A stretch of 64,000 nucleotides of DNA from Patescibacteria group bacterium (lineage in GTDB: Archaea; Nanobdellota; Nanobdellia; Pacearchaeales; GW2011-AR1): positions 47,119 through 111,118 of the forward strand of contig JAHYJW010000001.1 in NCBI GenBank assembly GCA_019428815.1, read 5' to 3'. The position numbers were made by a program, and so were the translations under genes. Under the pieces are notes generated by a model. The model was not told the DNA's origin. It saw only the letters and a program-made list of their open reading frames with translations, and ran no database searches. Below are positions 38,820 to 47,349 of the stretch, piece by piece (the stretch's first letter is position 1; each line of letters begins with the position of its first letter).

Positions 38820-39016
38820 TTATTCTATTACTTTGTTTTAAAGGATTATAAAAACTTTCTTAAACTTTTTATATCTGTTACCATTTAAAAATTAAAAATG
38901 GGAAGGTTTAAAAACACTTATACAATGTATTTTTTATAACATATAGATTCAAAAGACTAGGTTTAAAATTTACTGATAATTTGTCTATGAATTGAATATG
39001 TTCCAAATAAAATAAA

Positions 39017-39283
39017 ATGAAAGACAATTTTGATATCTTTTTTAGAAGAAAACCAGCACTTATGTTGGTTTCACTAAAGAAAAATACCAGAATGAGGTAT
39101 GGTAGTATTTTGGCTAAAGAAGTTGATTGTACATATAGCCACGCAGTAAAAATTTTGCAGACTCTTGAGGTTTTGAATTTGGTTGGTTTTGAAAAAAAGG
39201 GGCGAATTAAAATTATAAGACTAACCAAAAAAGGTAAAGAAGTTGCAGATGCAATTGAGAACATTCAAGGACTAATAAAATAA
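39017..39283 (+). CDS. Winged-helix DNA-binding protein
   Basis: LAKEVDCTYSHAVKIL...KKGRIKIIRLTKKG. Confidence 0.8.
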   Translation: MKDNFDIFFRRKPALMLVSLKKNTRMRYGSILAKEVDCTYSHAVKILQTLEVLNLVGFEKKGRIKIIRLTKKGKEVADAIENIQGLIK

Positions 39284-39446
39284 GCATTCTATAACTACCG
39301 CCCCAAATAATGGTTAGGTTTTAGGTATTTGTGAATTTTTTATTTCAATTTAACCTTTTTATTTTAACTTAATTTTCTAAACAGTCTTTTTTTATCTTTT
39401 ATACTTAAGAAAAAATTTAAGATTCTAATATTAGAATATCTAGTTA

Positions 39447-39521
39447 TGGCCCCGAAGGGATTTGAACCCTCGACACCTGGATTAAGAGTCCAGTGCTCTA
39501 ACCAGACTGAGCTACGGAGCC
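39447..39521 (-). tRNA. tRNA-Lys(CUU)
   Basis: GGCTCCG..CGGGGCC-A; anticodon arm CTGGA-CTCTTAA-TCCAG. Confidence 0.95.
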
Positions 39522-39584
39522 TTTTGTCTATTTTACTTATGATAGTATAATGAAACTATTAGTTTTTAAATTATTTTAAAATAT

Positions 39585-40028
39585 TCAAATTTCTTTTTTA
39601 AAGAATTTTTTTATGATTTCTTTATGGCTGAAAGCAACGTTCATTTTCTCAATTTCTTCTTCATTAAACCATCCCCATTCAGAAACTTCCCAATTTATCT
39701 TTGGTCTTTCTTTTTTCGATACTTTAAATTCAAAAACGAGATTTAAACAATGAAAATTTAGTTTGTTATAAATTTCATCATAATAAAACAAAAATTTGGG
39801 ATTTTTTAAGTTCAACCCAATTTCCTCTTTAATTTCTCTTTTAATGGCATTTTCTGCACGTTCCCCAAATTTTATATGTCCCCCAGGTAAACACCACTTA
39901 CCACTCTCTATTAAAATCCTTTTACTTCTTTTTGTGAGTAATATTCGGGAGTGTTTAGAGTCCTGTTTATCTAAGATTATTCCTGAAACTGTACCTTTAG
40001 CACCAAATATTCTCATTAATCTTTTCAT
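39585..40028 (-). CDS. Nudix hydrolase
   Basis: Nudix box GGHIKFGERAENAIKREIKEEIG. Confidence 0.92.
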   Translation of the reverse strand: MKRLMRIFGAKGTVSGIILDKQDSKHSRILLTKRSKRILIESGKWCLPGGHIKFGERAENAIKREIKEEIGLNLKNPKFLFYYDEIYNKLNFHCLNLVFEFKVSKKERPKINWEVSEWGWFNEEEIEKMNVAFSHKEIIKKFFKKEI

Positions 40029-40058
40029 TATTTAATCAAAGAACCCTAAAATTTAAAT

Positions 40059-40367
40059 TTACCTATAATCTCTCCAAATGGTTTTACATTTGGTACATTT
40101 AAAGAATTTTGTTTCAGCTTCATCTGAGGATCTTGTTTGCATTGTCCAAAAATATGCCTTTTTATTCCCACATTTTTTACATTCTTGTTCTATAATTGGA
40201 TGAACCTCAGAATCTTTTTCAGAAATAACATTAATCTTTTTTTTATCCTCGATTTTTTCAGAGGTTTTTAATTTTACTTTATTTTTTGAAAAATATTTAC
40301 ATCTGGGACAAGCATCTCTTTTCCTTTTTTGAACAAGAACCGCTCCGCATTTAGGACAAAATTCCAT
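40059..40367 (-). CDS. tfs: Transcription factor S
   Basis: Two Zn ribbons; QTRSSDE acidic hairpin. Confidence 0.95.
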   Translation of the reverse strand: MEFCPKCGAVLVQKRKRDACPRCKYFSKNKVKLKTSEKIEDKKKINVISEKDSEVHPIIEQECKKCGNKKAYFWTMQTRSSDEAETKFFKCTKCKTIWRDYR

Positions 40368-40503
40368 TATTTTTAATTTAACTATCTTTAAGTTTTTTAA
40401 CTCAAAGGACTTTCATTTAAATAATTTTTGTTTATCTCTTTTTTGTTTTAATTTAAGAAAACTAACTAAAATTTAGGATCTTATCACTAATCAAGTCCCA
40501 ATT

Positions 40504-41154
40504 TTAACAGAAACCTCTCTGTTCCGCCCCTTTTTGCCATTCATAAAATATTAGTTTAACCCATCCTGCATAGGGAACAATCTTAAATGCCGCTTTTCCG
40601 AGAACATTTTCTTCTGGGATATTCTTCTCAAAATTAAGTTGTTGAGGATTTGTTAGGTAATTATCTCCAAATGTTGAAAATACTCTTTTTCCTTCTACCT
40701 CCTTAATTTCTACGATTCTATGAATTATGGGATATCTTTGATTTGCATCAAAAATTATTACATCTCCTACCTCTAATTTTTCAGGGTTTGCTCGTATAAC
40801 AAATAAAATATCTCCTTTTGTAAACCCTCTCTTTAAAGAAAAATCTAAAAAATCTTCTTTATCGATATCAAAATGAGAGTATGTTTCTTCTCTATTTTCC
40901 CACCAGGAATCAAGGCTTGAAAATAATCCCCCAGTATGATGCATACTGCAAGATTCTACTATTGCAAGAGGTATGGGTGTCCCTGTAATTAATATTAAAA
41001 AAGGAAAAAATACAAAACGTATAAATATAAACAAGAAAATTACAGAAAAAATCCATCCTTTAAAACTATCATCTTTCCAGAGAAGATACCAAAAATCTTT
41101 TAATAACTTTTTTATGCTGTTATTTTTTTTCAACCCCTTTTTTATTTTATTCAT
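40504..41154 (-). CDS. Signal peptidase I (Sec11-type)
   Basis: TM, then VESCSM, GDIL, IIHRIV, GDN. Confidence 0.88.
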   Translation of the reverse strand: MNKIKKGLKKNNSIKKLLKDFWYLLWKDDSFKGWIFSVIFLFIFIRFVFFPFLILITGTPIPLAIVESCSMHHTGGLFSSLDSWWENREETYSHFDIDKEDFLDFSLKRGFTKGDILFVIRANPEKLEVGDVIIFDANQRYPIIHRIVEIKEVEGKRVFSTFGDNYLTNPQQLNFEKNIPEENVLGKAAFKIVPYAGWVKLIFYEWQKGAEQRGFC

Positions 41155-41188
41155 TATTATAACACCGAATACTGGTTTTTAAAATAAT

Positions 41189-41317
41189 CGAAACATTTAA
41201 ATAGTATATATTTGTCTGTGTATACAGAGTGTATATCCCGAAGAGGATAACGACTAAAATAATCTATGATCACCCGAATTAACCTCTTTTCAACTCAACC
41301 GTGTCTAAGACACGGTT
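41189..41317 (+). promoter_or_regulatory. Promoter with candidate operator palindromes upstream of the abrB-like/cdc48 operon
   Basis: BRE/TATA CGAAA-CA-TTTAAATA (41189-41203); TGTATACA (41219-41226); perfect inverted repeat AACCGTGTCT-A-AGACACGGTT (41297-41317). Confidence 0.5.
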
Positions 41318-41361
41318 TTATGATAAATAAATTTGAATAACATAAAAATAAAAAATAACCC

Positions 41362-41784
41362 ATGAAAGATATTTTTGATAATACAATTCTTTGTAGTAAA
41401 TGTAATCTTAAAATGAATCCTTCAAAGATAAATAAAAATGGTTTTATTATGAGAACGGTAATCTGCCCAAACTGTCATGAAAAGATTATTCATCCAGCAG
41501 ATGAACAAGAATACAACAAATTTATAAATTTAAAAAATAAGGAGTTTAGGGTCAAAATGAGACTTGTAGGAAATAGTTATACTGTTTCAATTCCCAAAGA
41601 GATAGTCTCTTTTATTAGAGAACAAGAAAAAATGATGGACGATATGGTTCAGCTTTGTTTTGAAGACTTTAGGAGATTAAGTCTGAATTTTGGTTCAATG
41701 AACCGATTTGTTCCAGAAACCCTTAGCTCATTAAAAAATGAAGACTTTAATAGGCTAAAAAATAAAAATAAAAACTTGTTATAA
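41362..41784 (+). CDS. Zn-ribbon plus AbrB/MazE-type DNA-binding protein
   Basis: CSKC...CPNC, then KMRLVGNSYTVSIPKEI. Confidence 0.8.
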   Translation: MKDIFDNTILCSKCNLKMNPSKINKNGFIMRTVICPNCHEKIIHPADEQEYNKFINLKNKEFRVKMRLVGNSYTVSIPKEIVSFIREQEKMMDDMVQLCFEDFRRLSLNFGSMNRFVPETLSSLKNEDFNRLKNKNKNLL

Positions 41785-41804
41785 AATAAAATTTAAAAAT
41801 AAAA

Positions 41805-44144
41805 ATGGCAGAAAAAAAAGAAATAACCCTTAAGGTTGTAGAAGCTCATCAAGACGATGCCTATAAAGGCGTTGCAAGAATAGATGGCGAGATAATGAGA
41901 GAGTTGAATATTAAGAGGGGGGATGTTATAAAAATAAAGGGGAATAGAGAAACTGTTGCTATTGCTGATAGGGCTTATCCTGTTGATGTTGGTGAAGGTA
42001 TAATCAGAATTGATGGAATATTAAGGAAAAATGCTAAGACAGGTGTTGGAGAGATGGTTAAAGTTTCAAAAGTTGAAGTTAAAGAAGCAAAAAAAATAAT
42101 CATTGCCCCTACTCAAAAAAATATAATGGTCCAAGCTGATCCTGAAAGTTTAAAGAGGGGTTTGTTAGGCCGAATTGTAATAAAAGGGGATGTTGTTATT
42201 CTTGGAGGCGTCCAAAGAAGAAGAGACCTTTTATCTGAAGGATTTGGTTCTGATTTTGGGGATGTATTTGGAGATTTATTTGGGAGTATGGGCTTAGGTT
42301 TTGGACAATTAGGCGGCGGAGTAACACAAATAAAATTTTTAGTTGTTAGTACAAATCCTAGTTCCCCTCAACCAGTAATAATTACCGAAAATACTCAAGT
42401 GATATTAAATCCAAAAGCAATTGAAGTAAATGAAGAAACTCTTCCGGAGATAAACTATGAAGATATTGGAGGATTAAATGATGAAATTAAAAAAATAAGA
42501 GAGATGGTTGAAATTCCATTAAAACACCCTGAGATTTTTCAAAGACTTTCTATAGAACCTCCAAGAGGGGTTTTGTTACATGGTCCTCCGGGAACAGGTA
42601 AAACTTTGCTAGCTAAAGCAGTTGCAAAAGAATCAGAAGCTAATTTTGTATTACTTAATGGACCAGAGATTATGAGTAAGTTTTATGGCGAATCTGAAAA
42701 AAAGATAAGAGACATTTTTGAAGAAGCAGAGAAAACTGCTCCAACAATTATCTTCATTGATGAAATTGATGCTATCGCTCCTAAAAGAGAAGAAGTTACC
42801 GGTGAGGTTGAGCGACGTGTTGTTTCTCAATTACTTACTATGATGGATGGACTGAAATCTAGAGGTAAAGTAATTGTTATTGGTGCGACCAACAGGGTCA
42901 ATTCAATTGATCCAGCTTTAAGACGTCCCGGACGTTTTGATAGAGAAATAGTTATTAATGTCCCTGGAAAAGAAGGTAGACTTTCAATTTTGAAAATTCA
43001 TTCAAGAGGGATGCCTCTTACTAAAGATGTGAACCTTGAAGAGATTGCTTCATTAACCCATGGTTTTGTTGGAGCAGATTTAGAATCTTTATGTAAAGAG
43101 ACTGCTATGACTGTATTAAGAAAAATACTTCCTAAAATGAATCTTGATGCAGAAGAAGAAGTTTCTCCAGAACTTCTTAATAAGTTGATAATTAGAAGAG
43201 CTGATTTTTTAGAGGCATTAAAAGTTGTTAGACCTAGTGCAATGAGAGAAGTTTTAGTTGAAACTCCTAATGTTGGTTGGGATGAGGTTGGGGGGTTAGA
43301 AAAAATTAAAGAAGAACTTCGTGAGGCAGTTGAATGGCCATTGAAACATCCTGAAACTTTTAAGAGGATGGGAATAAGACCTTCCAGAGGAATTTTACTT
43401 TATGGTCCTCCGGGAACAGGTAAAACTTTATTAGCTAAAGCAGTTGCAAAAGAATCAGAAGCTAATTTTATCCAAATGAAAGGCCCAAGTTTACTTAGTA
43501 TGTGGGTCGGAAAATCTGAAGAAGGAATGAGAAAAGTTTTTGAAAGAGCAAGACAAGTTAGTCCTTGTGTTGTTTTCTTTGATGAATTAGATTCTTTAGC
43601 AGGTAAAAGGGGGGTGGAATCTGGAACAAAAGTCACAGAGAGAGTTTTAAATCAACTTCTTGCGGAAATGGATGGTCTTGAAGATTTAAACGATGTTCTT
43701 GTTATTGGTGCAACAAATAGACCAGACATGTTAGACCCCGCAGTTTTAAGACCTGGGAGATTTGATAGAGTTCTTTTAGTTGGAGCACCTGAAGAGGCAG
43801 GTAGAGAACAGATACTTAAAGTTCATACAAAAAATATGCCTTTAGGAGACGGAAAGAAAGCATTCACACAAGAAAAAAAAGAATTATTTTTGAAATCACT
43901 TGCTAAAAAGTTAGAAGGTTATACTGGTGCAGATATTGAGGCATTTGTAAGAGAAGCAGCATTAGTTTCTTTAAGAATATCCAAAGAGGCCCAATTTGTA
44001 CAGCCAGAACATTTTGAAGAATCCTTGAAGAGAATTAAACCAAGTGTTAGTAAAGGTGTTTTGGACGTGTATAAAAAAATAGAAGAAAGTTTTCTAAAAT
44101 CTGCTAAAACAGCGATTCCTATAGGTGGAAGTTATTACGGATAA
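41805..44144 (+). CDS. cdc48: CDC48/VCP-family AAA+ ATPase
   Basis: N-domain plus two AAA modules (GPPGTGKT x2, IDEID/FDELD, RPGRFD x2); HbYX-like C-terminus YYG. Confidence 0.97.
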   Translation: MAEKKEITLKVVEAHQDDAYKGVARIDGEIMRELNIKRGDVIKIKGNRETVAIADRAYPVDVGEGIIRIDGILRKNAKTGVGEMVKVSKVEVKEAKKIIIAPTQKNIMVQADPESLKRGLLGRIVIKGDVVILGGVQRRRDLLSEGFGSDFGDVFGDLFGSMGLGFGQLGGGVTQIKFLVVSTNPSSPQPVIITENTQVILNPKAIEVNEETLPEINYEDIGGLNDEIKKIREMVEIPLKHPEIFQRLSIEPPRGVLLHGPPGTGKTLLAKAVAKESEANFVLLNGPEIMSKFYGESEKKIRDIFEEAEKTAPTIIFIDEIDAIAPKREEVTGEVERRVVSQLLTMMDGLKSRGKVIVIGATNRVNSIDPALRRPGRFDREIVINVPGKEGRLSILKIHSRGMPLTKDVNLEEIASLTHGFVGADLESLCKETAMTVLRKILPKMNLDAEEEVSPELLNKLIIRRADFLEALKVVRPSAMREVLVETPNVGWDEVGGLEKIKEELREAVEWPLKHPETFKRMGIRPSRGILLYGPPGTGKTLLAKAVAKESEANFIQMKGPSLLSMWVGKSEEGMRKVFERARQVSPCVVFFDELDSLAGKRGVESGTKVTERVLNQLLAEMDGLEDLNDVLVIGATNRPDMLDPAVLRPGRFDRVLLVGAPEEAGREQILKVHTKNMPLGDGKKAFTQEKKELFLKSLAKKLEGYTGADIEAFVREAALVSLRISKEAQFVQPEHFEESLKRIKPSVSKGVLDVYKKIEESFLKSAKTAIPIGGSYYG
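42580..43469 (+). repeat. 68-bp direct repeat within cdc48 (42580-42647 and 43402-43469), 66/68 identical
   Basis: ATGGTCCTCCGGGAACAGGTAAAACTTT(GC/AT)TAGCTAAAGCAGTTGCAAAAGAATCAGAAGCTAATTTT. Confidence 0.9.
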
Positions 44145-44201
44145 TAACTAATTTTTAGATAATAGTTGATCTTTTGAATAATTACCAATCTTTTATAGGG
44201 A

Positions 44202-45110
44202 TTATTCTGTTGTTATAATCACTTTGCCATTCTTATCAATAAGAATTGTGTGTTCTGTTTGGCTAACCCTTGAATCTGAAATCTCAATTAATTCAGGGAA
44301 TTGATACAAATTTCCATTTTCTTCTAATTGTTTTAAACCAAAAATTGCTTTGCTCCCAATTTTTTTAACAATCCATCGTGAACAAAAGGGGAGAGTATTG
44401 TATTCATTTATTATTAAACTTAAAACTTCTCTTGCTATTGGACTTCTAACATTTTTTTCACTTTTTAATTCATAAATTCCCGAGGGTTTCCCATCATGAA
44501 CTTTTCCAGATCCATTAGTAGCGAAAGGTTCAATTGCGTAAAGTCCAGGTTCTAACTCTAAATCTATACTGGTTTCTATATTTGGAATTGATATCCCGGA
44601 ATGAAGGTTGTATTGTTCCATACTATGCCCAGTTAAGTTTATTACAGGAAAAAAATTGTTTGATTCTATTGTTTTAGATATTTCTGTTCCAATTTCAGTT
44701 AAGTTTACACTAAGATTATTCTCTAGTTTTTCCTTAATTAATTTAATAGAATTTTCTAATGCATCTTGACTCGCTTTAATCAATCTTTTATTTTCTTCAT
44801 TGTTTTCTAAGTCCACAGAAAAGGCATTATCTGCAGTCCATCCATCAATATGAACCCCAAAGTCAATTTTTAAAAGACCTTTTGAGAGAGTTTTATCATC
44901 ATAAGAGGGGGTATAATGTGCTGCAACATTATCTATGCTTAGGGTTGTGGGAAAAGCGGGTTTTCCACCTAATTCAAAAATTTTAGATTCTATTTTTTCT
45001 ACAATTTCAATTAATGGAGTGTCTTTTTTGATAATTCCTCTTGCATAATCCCGAACTTCTGAAGCGATTTTTCCTGCTTTTATTATTTTTTCTTTTTTAG
45101 ACGATTCCAT
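44202..45110 (-). CDS. map: Methionine aminopeptidase type II
   Basis: AAHYTP, KIDFGVHIDG..AD, LTGH, AIEPF, EHT. Confidence 0.95.
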   Translation of the reverse strand: MESSKKEKIIKAGKIASEVRDYARGIIKKDTPLIEIVEKIESKIFELGGKPAFPTTLSIDNVAAHYTPSYDDKTLSKGLLKIDFGVHIDGWTADNAFSVDLENNEENKRLIKASQDALENSIKLIKEKLENNLSVNLTEIGTEISKTIESNNFFPVINLTGHSMEQYNLHSGISIPNIETSIDLELEPGLYAIEPFATNGSGKVHDGKPSGIYELKSEKNVRSPIAREVLSLIINEYNTLPFCSRWIVKKIGSKAIFGLKQLEENGNLYQFPELIEISDSRVSQTEHTILIDKNGKVIITTE

Positions 45111-45153
45111 AATTTTATTATTTAAAAGTATTTTATAAGTCTTTTTGAATTGT

Positions 45154-45633
45154 TTAATTTTTTTCTTTAAGTCTTCTACTTTTTGGTATAAAATTTCCTA
45201 TTTTTTCATTAGAAGCCTTTCCACATCCTAAAAAATCTTCTTTGTATTTTATTATTAAAAATCCTTTTTTTCCTGTTGATATCTGAAGATCTTGTCCTTT
45301 CATCCACATCTCAAGCATGTCTTCGGGTAATTCAAAGATATTTTTCCTTATTTGTTCTTTTAAAATTTGGGCCCCCTCTATGCTTAACTTTATTCCTTCT
45401 TCTATAAACTTTGCAAAATAAATTCCTAATCTTTCAACGATTACTTCACTTTCTATTTCTTTTATCTCTTTTTCATCTAAATTTCCTGAAAATAAAAAAA
45501 GTCTTTCTTTGCCTCTTTGAACTAAAATACCTGGAATTTTTTGAATTCCAAATTGTTCTTCTAATTCTTTCTCAATTCTTTTCTTTTCTTTTGAATTTAG
45601 TATTCTAAGAGGCGTGAAATTTTGTGAGTTCAT
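45154..45633 (-). CDS. NIP7/PUA-like RNA-binding protein (RsmF C-terminal-like)
   Basis: ERLGIYF...LSIEG...WMKGQD...LGCGK...NFIPKSRR; adjacent to an m5C methyltransferase. Confidence 0.65.
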   Translation of the reverse strand: MNSQNFTPLRILNSKEKKRIEKELEEQFGIQKIPGILVQRGKERLFLFSGNLDEKEIKEIESEVIVERLGIYFAKFIEEGIKLSIEGAQILKEQIRKNIFELPEDMLEMWMKGQDLQISTGKKGFLIIKYKEDFLGCGKASNEKIGNFIPKSRRLKEKN

Positions 45634-45697
45634 ATTAATTTTTATTTATTTTTTGTTTATCATTTATTAAATGTTATTTCTCTTTAGTCTTTTTTGA

Positions 45698-46675
45698 TTA
45701 TTTAATCTTTTTTATTTTAGTAATGAAAAACCCCTCGGTGTTATTATCTTGGGGATAGATTCTACAACACTTAACCACATCTGGGTGGTAATCTTTTCCC
45801 CTCCAACTTTTTATTCCGGGCCTATAAAATACTGGTAAATCTAATTTTTCAATTACTAACTCTTTTTCAAATCTATTTAAAATGAAACTTATTACCTCTT
45901 CATTTTCTTCAGGGGCATGGGTGCAGGTACTATAAACTATCTCTCCTTTAGGTTTAAGAATTTCTAAAGCATTAATCAAAAGATTTTTTTGAATTCCTGA
46001 AAGTTTTTTTATTGTTCTGATATTCCAGATTTTGGAAGTGAGAGAACTACTCCTTAAGGTTCCTTCTCCAGAACAAGGAGCATCTATAAGGATTTTGTCA
46101 AATAAAAAACCTGATTTTTTAAATTTTTTACAAAGCGAAGCTCCTTCTTTTTTAGTGATCATAAGATTCATAACACCACAACGTTCTGAATTTGAAGCAA
46201 GGATTTTTATTCTCCCTAAACTTATTTCATTTGCAATTAAGGTTCCTTTATTTTGCATTTCTGAAGCTATTTGAGTTGTTTTAGAACCAGGAGCAGCGCA
46301 CATATCAAGAATGAATTGATTAGGTTTAGGGTTTAAAGCAATAACAGGTAACATGCTTGAAATTTCTTGGATATAATAATAACCCAGTAAGTGTTCTAAA
46401 CTTCTTCCTAGTTCTCCAGGATTTAAACTTGTTTTACCATTGCCTCCTTTAATAACCATTATCTCTGGATTTGATTTAAATGGCTGTTCAACTTCCCACC
46501 CTTTTGATATTAAACGTATTTTTAGTTTTTCAGGAGAAATCTTTAAGGTATTACATCTAATCGATCTCTGAGGTTCTTCTTTTAAAACGTTTAGATAATT
46601 TTGAAAATCTTTTTCGTCCTCAAGAATGTTCTTCATCCTTTCAACAAAAAGGGGTTTTAATTCATGTTTTCGCAT
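45698..46675 (-). CDS. RsmB/NOP2-family RNA m5C methyltransferase
   Basis: LDMCAAPGSKT, DAPCSGEG, YSTCT..PEENE. Confidence 0.95.
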   Translation of the reverse strand: MRKHELKPLFVERMKNILEDEKDFQNYLNVLKEEPQRSIRCNTLKISPEKLKIRLISKGWEVEQPFKSNPEIMVIKGGNGKTSLNPGELGRSLEHLLGYYYIQEISSMLPVIALNPKPNQFILDMCAAPGSKTTQIASEMQNKGTLIANEISLGRIKILASNSERCGVMNLMITKKEGASLCKKFKKSGFLFDKILIDAPCSGEGTLRSSSLTSKIWNIRTIKKLSGIQKNLLINALEILKPKGEIVYSTCTHAPEENEEVISFILNRFEKELVIEKLDLPVFYRPGIKSWRGKDYHPDVVKCCRIYPQDNNTEGFFITKIKKIK

Positions 46676-46724
46676 ATTTTCTTTTTTATTTTCTATCTTT
46701 TTTTATTTTCTATTCCTTTGATTA

Positions 46725-47345
46725 TTATTTCTTAATTTTTTTTGATTTTTCTTTTATAAAAACAAAAGGTAGTAAGATGTCGCTTATACAGCAAGGGATT
46801 ATTACCGATAAGAATACAATAAAAAACCCCCCAATAAAATAAGCGATATTAAATGAATTACTAAATGCTAGAATGTAAAATAAACTCGCAAAAACAGATA
46901 AGAATACATGAATAAAATGTGGAATTTTTGTTATTCTAGTTTTCATCCCAATAAAACCACCTAATAGGGATATTCCTAAAATAATAAATGGCATTTCTAA
47001 TAAAGGAAGGTGAAAGTTAATTTGAAGTCCAATCATGTTTCCTCCAACCCAAGGAAGTAAGATATCGCTTAAACTTCCCATGAAAATCGCTCCAAAAGTT
47101 CCTATAAGAATAGAAGTAAGAGGATTTTTTTTGTATTTATAATAAATTCCTGAAGTAACAATTGCGGACATGATAACGTGCAAGAAGTGTATTGATTCAA
47201 ATAATCCCCCTGAAATCTCTTTTTTAGACCAATATAAACAAAAAATCGTTATGATTATCCCTGTTAAAGTTGCAAGAATTGTAAAGGGTATGTGTTCTTT
47301 CAGTTCAATTAAGAAATTTTTTAACTTAAAATTTTTTTTATTCAT
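46725..47345 (-). CDS. Multi-pass membrane protein, His-containing
   Basis: About six TM segments; H-rich motifs; CCISDI. Confidence 0.6.
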   Translation of the reverse strand: MNKKNFKLKNFLIELKEHIPFTILATLTGIIITIFCLYWSKKEISGGLFESIHFLHVIMSAIVTSGIYYKYKKNPLTSILIGTFGAIFMGSLSDILLPWVGGNMIGLQINFHLPLLEMPFIILGISLLGGFIGMKTRITKIPHFIHVFLSVFASLFYILAFSNSFNIAYFIGGFFIVFLSVIIPCCISDILLPFVFIKEKSKKIKK

Positions 47346-47349
47346 TATA

